Below, one piece after another: positions 54,287 through 64,000 of a stretch of DNA of 64,000 bases (the stretch's first letter is position 1; each line of letters opens with the position of its first letter). Source of the stretch: the human T2T-CHM13v2.0 reference genome, Homo sapiens; NCBI RefSeq assembly GCF_009914755.1, contig NC_060947.1; one strand, given 5' to 3'. The notes under the pieces are model-generated. The model was not told where the DNA came from. It searched no databases and saw only the letters and a list, made by a program, of their open reading frames with translations. Made by a program: the position numbers and the translations under genes.

Positions 54287-55259
54287 CAGTGTCTCCCAAA
54301 CTATATCCTTTCTTCAACTATATTCTGGTTTACCATGAAATGTTAATACATGTTCCAAGAGAAAAAGCTTCCATGTTCAAAATTAATTTAGGAAAGGAAT
54401 CTATATGGCTCAGCCCCTGTGGGAAACAGTATGGAGTTTCTGCAAAAAAAATTAAAAATATAATTACCACATGAACCAGCAGTCCCACTTCTAGATACAT
54501 ATCCAAAAGAATTGAAATCAGGATCTCAAAGAGATTTTAACACACTCATGTTCATTACAGCATAATTCACAATAGCCAAGAGGTAGAAGAAACATAAATG
54601 TTCATCTATGGATGAATGGATAAAGGAAATGTGGTATATACATACAATGGAATATTATTCAGTCTTAAAAAAGAAGAAAATCAGGTCATATGTCACAACA
54701 TGGATAAACCTTGAGGACATTATATTAAGTGAAATAATCCAGTCACAAAAAGACAAATACTGCATAATTCCACCTACATGAGGCATCTAAAGTAGTCAAA
54801 TTCTTAGAAACAGAAAGTAGAATGATGGTTGCCAGGGGCTATAGAGAGGGGGAAATAAGGAATTGTTCAGTGGGTATAGATTTTCTGTCATGGAAGATGA
54901 ACAGGTTCTAGAGCTCCGTTGAACAACAATGTGCATATAGTTAACATTGATATACTTTACTCTTAAAAATAGTTAATATGGTACATTTTATGTTGTATGT
55001 TTTTTTTTTTTACCAGAATAAAAATGTTTATTTAGGAAACACTGTACTTTGAATCTTTTGGGGGGCATTCATCCGGAATATTTGCATAATATTAGCACTG
55101 AGAATCATTCCAATTAAGAATTTTGTTCACCTTTCTTTAGCCCACCATTTCTCAAACTCATTTGACCACAGAACATTTTTTTTTAGTTGTTAATGAAGGA
55201 CTCTTACTAACATTATGGAGGATATCAGTGTTATGGGGACTGCAGTTTGGAAAATACTG
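54287..55259. mobile_element. hAT-Charlie non-autonomous element split by an L1
   Basis: TIR-like cagtgtctcccaaac and gtttggaaaatactg; atttaggaaa occurs on both sides of the L1. Confidence 0.6.
54410..55024 (+). mobile_element. L1MA/MB 3' region
   Basis: gggaaacagtatggag...ccaaaagaattgaaatcaggatctcaaagaga...gatgaatggataaa, ending aataaaaa. Confidence 0.93.
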
Positions 55260-55401
55260 TCCCCAGAGTTCTTCCCACTATAGCATAGAGAGGAGGAAGT
55301 ATTTCTAGGCAGCTTCAGTTTTGGAGATCACATATTAAACAAAGCACATGCTGGAAGAGTCACACCACTTTTAGTTCTTTGAACATTTATGAAAATAATT
55401 G

Positions 55402-55675
55402 CAGTACTTTGGGAGGCCGAGGCAGCAGATCACCTGAGGTCAGGAGTTTGAGACCAGCCTGGCCAACATGGTGAAACCCCGTCTCTACTAAAAATACAAA
55501 AAAATTAGCTGGGCGTGGTGGTGAGTGCCTGTAATCCCAGCTACTCAGGAGGCTGAGGCAAGATAATCGCTTGAACCTGGGAAGCAGAGGTTGCAGTGAG
55601 CTGAGATCATGCCACTGCACTCCAACCTGCGCAACAAGAGCAAAACTCTGTCTCAAAAAATAATAATAGTAATAA
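55402..55675 (+). mobile_element. AluSq/Sp-like, 5'-truncated
   Basis: Starts at cagtactttgggagg. Confidence 0.93.
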
Positions 55676-55737
55676 TTGTAGTAGTAAATACAAAGCAAGA
55701 GCTATGGAAATATATTTGATAAAATCTGTACTTAGAT

Positions 55738-55856
55738 CAGTGGTTCTCAAACCTGGCTGAGTCTCCTGGGTTGCTTTAAAAAACATAGCTCAGGCCTTGC
55801 TATGCAGAGTTTCTGATTTAATACATTTGAAGATCAGCCAAATTTGGGAGCCATTG
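55738..55856. mobile_element. MER5-type MITE
   Basis: cagtggttctcaaacc...tttgggagccattg. Confidence 0.75.
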
Positions 55857-56819
55857 CTTTAGAAGATGGAATTTTGAATAATTGCATACAAATAGATTCA
55901 GAATTGTTTGAAATTTGCATATTAGCCCTAATATAATGAAATGAGGGCACAGATCATGTATGAAAACAGGATAATAAAGATAAAAACAACCTGGAGTGGA
56001 ACCAGGACAAGAGTTTCATGGCTGAGGGTTTCACAAAGGGATGGGAAGTAAGTCAAACCCAAATCCCTGTTAATGATGCTTGAACTTATTTGTATATTGG
56101 TGTATATATATTCATGTTAAAGTTAACTGTTTAAGAAATTACACACATAATTCATTCCATAATATTGACATTATTACTCTCAATCTGTAGGTCTTTATTT
56201 AAGAATCTTTTCCATTATTACTGATGTATTTAAACTGGATGTTCTCCTTTGAGAATTGTAATAATAATTCTTGTCCACAGAGTGGGCAGACAAGCTAAAG
56301 AGTATTCCTTGCACAGTGGCAGTGTAGAAAAACCTATTTCTGTCTGGGTTACATTGTCTACATGTGAGAACAAATTTTAGGAAAGAAACTCAAGGAATCA
56401 AGTTAGAAAAAGAAACTCAAGAGGAATATAAACATAAAAATATGAGAATATGGCATAAAAATAACATAAGACTGCAAACTCTCTTGTTAAATCAGCATGA
56501 ACTTATACCCAGTCAACACATAAACCATTTAATAGGTCATAGGAGAAGATGGATCACAGCAACACCAATCAAATTAACATGATTGATTTCAAGAGCCAAA
56601 TGATCTTTTTGAAAAATATAACTCAACCAAAACTGAAATGGTGGTCTCAGTCTGGAGATTTTGAGTTAATACACACTCAGTCTGGACAGAAAGGTGCTAG
56701 AATACCAAGCCAATTATATCCCGTATCTGATACTTGAAATTCAACCTAAAGGATTTCATTTCTTTATTCTAAGGTTTTATCTCTGACATTAAAAGAAAGC
56801 AAAACAAATGTATGAAGGG

Positions 56820-57080
56820 GTAGCACAGGACAGTGGGTAAGCTAAGAGGAGCTCCAGATGGAATGCTTGGGTTCATATGTAAGCCCTGCCGCTTACTGAA
56901 TGATATTGGATAAGTTGCTTTGCTCTCCCAGCCTTTCTTTCCTTAACTGTAATAATGGGAGATAATAATTACACCTATCTCATAGGCTTTTTGAGTATTA
57001 AATAAGATAATGTAAGTAAAGCACTCAGAATAATACCTGGCATATGAAAAGCAGTCAAGAAATGGTAGCTGTTATTATTA
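56820..57080 (+). mobile_element. MIR
   Basis: ctgtaataatgggagataataattacacctatctcatagg...ttaaataagataatgtaagtaaagcactcagaa. Confidence 0.88.
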
Positions 57081-58289
57081 TCAGACATTGATATCTCATT
57101 GTGGACATGTTTCAGACTCTGTCTTGAGCCAGAATTACTAAGGAAAGAGTAGGGCAGTGTGGGTAGAGAGTGGAGTTTGGGATTAGAGAATGGCAAGTCA
57201 CAAATTTACTTGCTGAGGCTGAGATGTCTCTCATGGCATTCCAATTTAATTCTAACTTTTCCTTTTCCAGAGTTCGTATAAGTCTCATTCCAGATGATGT
57301 TTATTTTTTTATATCTATATGTTATTTTATATTTAAAAATTAACTTTCTTGACTACATTGGGGGAAAAAATGACCTGGATATGCGAATTCTAATTTTTAT
57401 GCAAGTAATGGCTCCTGATAAGTTATTCTGTCTCTTAGACCAGAGCACTCAATATGGCAACTGTAAAAGAACACTTTTAAGGTGTGAGAGCTCATTTTCC
57501 AAGAAATTGTTATCAGAAAAGAAGCAATCGCTTAACACAGAGAAAGCCTTTCTTAAGGCAGACATATTTCTTGTCTTTGGGAAAAGTCATTAGGGTGGGG
57601 GTTTGGGGCTGAAAGGCAGAATTAGTCACTTTCCAAGTGCTGAGTTATTTGTTTAATGTTGTCTGTGATATTTGGGCTTCTAAGGCCACCCAGCAATGCT
57701 TCTGACCCATGGCTTTCTTAATTTATTTTGTCACCTGAGTGTACACTTGAAATACTATAGGCCACCATGCCAAATCCCCTGTTTGATTTTATTATGATTG
57801 TAGGGTTGAGAAAGTAAGCAAGGGTTAAGATGAAATGCAAATTTCTCAAGGGACAGGCTCAATCCTCCATCCTCTGCCTGTGACCAACATTAGCTCCTAC
57901 CACTCCCCATCCTATGTAGTCTTTTCCATGTTGCTTATCTGTCCAAGATGTTCCATGCCTTTTTGTCTCTGTGTTTTTGCTCATTTATTAAGTCATTTCA
58001 TAAAAATGTATTGAGTGGCAGCTATGTGCTGTCAACTGTGCTAAGAATTGGAATTACAGCAGTGAATATGACAAACACGGCCCTGGCTTCAAATACTCTT
58101 CCTCTTCATCTCTATATTTAGAAATGCCCATCATCCTTTAAGACCCAGCTTCAAGTAGTCTTATTTTATGTCCCTCTCTTTGACAAACTCAACCAAGAGA
58201 ACCTCTTCTTGCTCTCAGGCAGCACTTAATTTGTACACCATTCATTTGACTCATATGGTATATTTTATTTTGTTGTAGTTGTTTAAAAA

Positions 58290-58760
58290 TTCTTCTGACT
58301 GCAAATATTAGAATACCTAACTAACAGCAGCTGAATCACAGAACAATGAAGAAGGAAGGGCCCAGGGTTGATCTGGTGTTTCAACAATGTCCTTAAGGAG
58401 GCAGGTTGCTGTGATGCCTTCCACCCTCCCTTCTTCAGTGAGCCCATGATGTCTTTCCTCGTGATTTGATAATGGCTGCTGTAGCTCCACATATCACATC
58501 ATCATACTACCGTGTCCAAAGCAGGACCGAAGAGGGCATCAGTGGCACCAAAAGAGCCTTTTATTCCTATGCCTTTCTCAGATGCCCCAGCTGATTTTCA
58601 GTCACTGTCAAAGGGGTACAGCATTGCCATTGCGGGCTTAAATGATTTATGATACATCCTCTAGGCCTGAACAGATTGCTGCTAGAATAACATTGGGATC
58701 TGTTAGGAAAGAAAGAGTGAGAAATGACTTTTGGCTCAGATGCCAACCATACATGCCAGA
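58290..58760 (-). mobile_element. Old MLT1 (J/K-like) LTR
   Basis: atggctgctgtagctccacatatcacatc; gggatctgttaggaaagaaaga. Confidence 0.6.
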
Positions 58761-58874
58761 GTACTCATGATTTAATGTGCATATTTATTAGCTACGCTAC
58801 TTTGGACAAATTATCTAACCTTTCAAATTCTCAGTTAATGCATCTACAAAATTAGGTATAATAATGCCTATCTC

Positions 58875-59210
<336 letters not shown>

Positions 59211-59789
59211 TTAAGGGAAACGCTGCATGTAAGAATGCCTCAGATATAGAAGACGCTCAATAAATGTTTCCTATATAAACACACTAGGCATGGCTCTAGA
59301 ATAACAGACTTCTAACTATGTTTCCAGATTTTGATCTGTAGTATTTGTCCCAGCTTATACAAATAGCTACAGTGAAGCTTTTTCAGTGTTGGTTCTGTGC
59401 ATAGGCTGAGTAAGTGATTGCCTATGAATGTAATACAAGGAGTGTTAAAGGAGACTGGTAAGTCTAAAAAATGCCTTCTTCACAATTCCTATGGTTCATG
59501 CCTCCTGTTGTAATTCAATGACCCTAAGAAGGAAAACATAGTAAACTGTTTATCAGGCAGTAATATCTTAGTGTTAATTTTATAATCAGATATTCCAATG
59601 ATAGTTAGCTTAGAGTAGGTTAAGGGAGGAGAGAATATGTCTAGAATACCAAGCAGAATATGATTAACTCATTTTTCCATCAGGTTTCAGGGCTCAGGAT
59701 ATAACAAATTATCAGTTCATACTAAGATGTTAATATCTAGCTCCAATATAATGTGCTAAATAGTCTAGCCATATATATAGTTTCACATC

Positions 59790-60030
59790 TTGGTTGGGCT
59801 CTGAAATCAGAAAGATCTGATTTTGAATTTCATCCCCCACTTAAATGTGTGATCTTGAGCTAGTCACCTATCCTCTCTGAACTAGGTTATCTACCTGTAA
59901 ACTAATAGAAAATAGTAGCAATAATCTCATACAGCTGAAAACATTAAATGAGTCTATGAAAGGGCTTAGCACACATCTAGTACATGGTGTGTCCAAATGT
60001 TCACTATAATTATTGTCATTTATTAGTTTA
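59790..60030 (+). mobile_element. MIR
   Basis: gggctctgaaatcagaaagatctg...tgtgtgatcttgagctagtcac. Confidence 0.8.
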
Positions 60031-60058
60031 CATCTTATTATCAAAATCATCTTGTGGT

Positions 60059-60878
<820 letters not shown>

Positions 60879-61301
60879 TTATAGCCTGGACTAGAATCTA
60901 GACCCCCAGCACATAGCCGGAGGTTCTTCTGCCTAGAGTAAAGAGTTTCTCAAGGACCTCCATGCTCTCCCTGATCAAGGCTGATTCCTCCTGACATAGC
61001 CAATTTGTGGCATCTATTTTGATAAAACAACTGGGTTGAAAAACATGGCTTTTATTAAAAAATGATGTATGCCACAGACGTTCCTGGCAGTTGTTTCATC
61101 CTCCCTCTCATCCTTCTGAACCAGGCTCAGCAAGTATCAAGTTTACACATGGATTGGAAATGATAGATGGGGCAAGATGGTCTGTGGTGGGACACAACCT
61201 TGTTCGTCGTCTTCACTATTAAATGCCCAGCACTTAGCTCAGAGCCTATCACATGGTAGGTAGTTAATCGATACTTGCAAAATGAATACATTATTTGGTA
61301 G

Positions 61302-62068
<767 letters not shown>

Positions 62069-62268
62069 CTACCCCTTCAATATTCTTCTTCGGATGAATG
62101 TTGGACAACAGGAATCACTTGAGTAGAAAAAGAGCTTGGTTTGGCATTGGGAATGAAGAAGGGCTTCCTTTGAAAGACACCATTTCTACTAGGAGCTTCT
62201 ACAAAGACTGAACAGAATATACTATTAACCATTCTTAGGGTCTCATTTTCACTATAGGATTACAATAG

Positions 62269-62573
<305 letters not shown>

Positions 62574-62881
62574 TACAATAGTTTTTTTTGTTTTTTTTTT
62601 TTTAAGTGATGACTCTCTGAGGCCACCTATTCCATCTTAATTGGGGGACCTAGCTAAGTCAAAAGTAAGAAAAGAAAAGTTGTATTTTCAATCCAGTAAA
62701 TAGAGATAAGTGCTACAACGTTTCTTACTGCAGTTGGGTTTTAACAGATAGAAATTAAAGCGCATTCTATATGCAAGTTCTAGTTTTGCCTTACCTTTTT
62801 GATTTTTGGTGAATTCTGTTCTGTGACTTTTGTCTTAAGTCAAACACATTGGGAAGTGGATGAAGAAGTTATTTCCTGAGA

Positions 62882-62965
62882 CAGTTATTCTCAAAGTGTG
62901 GTCCTGGGAGTAGGTGGAGCTGCATCACTTGGGAACTTGTTAGAAATGCAAATTCTTAGGCTGGA
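62882..62965. mobile_element. MER5A fragment
   Basis: ttctcaaagtgtggtcc...gggaacttgttagaaatgcaaattc. Confidence 0.8.
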
Positions 62966-63012
62966 GCCTGAGAATTGTACAGGTATCAAAAGAAATGGTC
63001 AAATAGTGCTAG

Positions 63013-63159
<147 letters not shown>

Positions 63160-63759
63160 TAAGAGCTGAAAAATTAATGGATTGGATTTTTTTGTTGTTG
63201 TTTGTGTAAAAATATCATGCACCTATTATAATTGGATCATTTGCACAGCACACATCTTGTTCTAAAGACAGAACATAAGAATGAATCAGCCAGGCTGGGT
63301 TTTTAATTTCCCCAATACAGACCTGGACTTTGGACAAGTTTTCATTTTATAAAATGTTGGACTTTAATGTGTCTTCTGTGAGACTGCTCACAAATCACTT
63401 CCTACAGTGAGGGCTAATTTCCTAAAGGGGTAAAAAAGCCTAATCTGTGGAGGCAAACTGAGCTAGCTCTTTCTGGATTCTTTAGAAATGAAACATTTTG
63501 ACAGTGGTTTTACTTTTTTCTTAAACAAAATAGGACAGATGTATCTTGCAAAGTAAATAGATGAAGCAGCCCTGAATCAGGAATAGATGACAATCTCTTT
63601 AACAGTGGGCTTTCTATAGTTAGGACTATCATTATTCTCTCATACCTCTTCTGGGGCTCTGATAGCACTTTTGTTTCCCTTTTATTCCCTATTCCTAAGA
63701 AAAAGTTTCTTCTCAGTCCTTTAGATCTCATGGTAGATATGAATTTTCTCATTCACTAA

Positions 63760-63970
63760 TTTGTTCCTTTGTCATTTTGTTTACTGAGTATTTGTTTTCT
63801 GCCAGGCACTTGTAAAAAGTCTTAGGAGTCAGAATTGAGTGTGGCATGGTCACTGCCCTCAAGGAATTCACAGCCTTGTGGGGGCAGACAGACAAGCAAA
63901 CAGATAAATTATAAAGCAACATAGTTAAGTGCTATTACTGAGATATGAGACAAATGCTGTGGGAGTCCAA
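63760..63970 (-). mobile_element. L2 3' fragment
   Basis: tttactgagtatt...tgccaggcact...ggtcactgccctcaaggaattcacag. Confidence 0.8.
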
Positions 63971-64000
63971 TTCTCTCTCTCAAGAGTATCTGATTTATCA

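Overview
Primate (human-like) genomic DNA, judged from its Alu, L1PA and LTR12 content. No credible protein-coding exon is present; the supplied ORFs are Alu-, LTR- or microsatellite-derived, or chance frames. A CpG-island promoter at ~2.1-3.7 kb drives a minus-strand gene. Its apparently non-coding first exon ends at a donor at 2299/2298, and I could not identify the gene. The remaining ~60 kb is upstream intergenic sequence with over 25 Alu elements or fragments, MIR/L2 relics, L1 3' ends, MaLR LTRs, hAT-Charlie elements, a solo LTR12 pointing toward the gene, a 7SL retrocopy and a few repeat-poor enhancer-like blocks. The most unusual items are: (i) a TSD-flanked, polyA-tailed retrocopy of an RNA I do not recognise, carrying a strong 53-nt hairpin (51271-51527); (ii) a 100-bp segment re-occurring 1.39 kb away as a circular permutation (18906-19005 / 20292-20391); (iii) a degenerate tandem repeat with ~285-bp dimeric higher-order structure (34200-34925). 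I found no evidence of a new multi-gene system. Repeat subfamily names are by-eye assignments and most boundaries are approximate.
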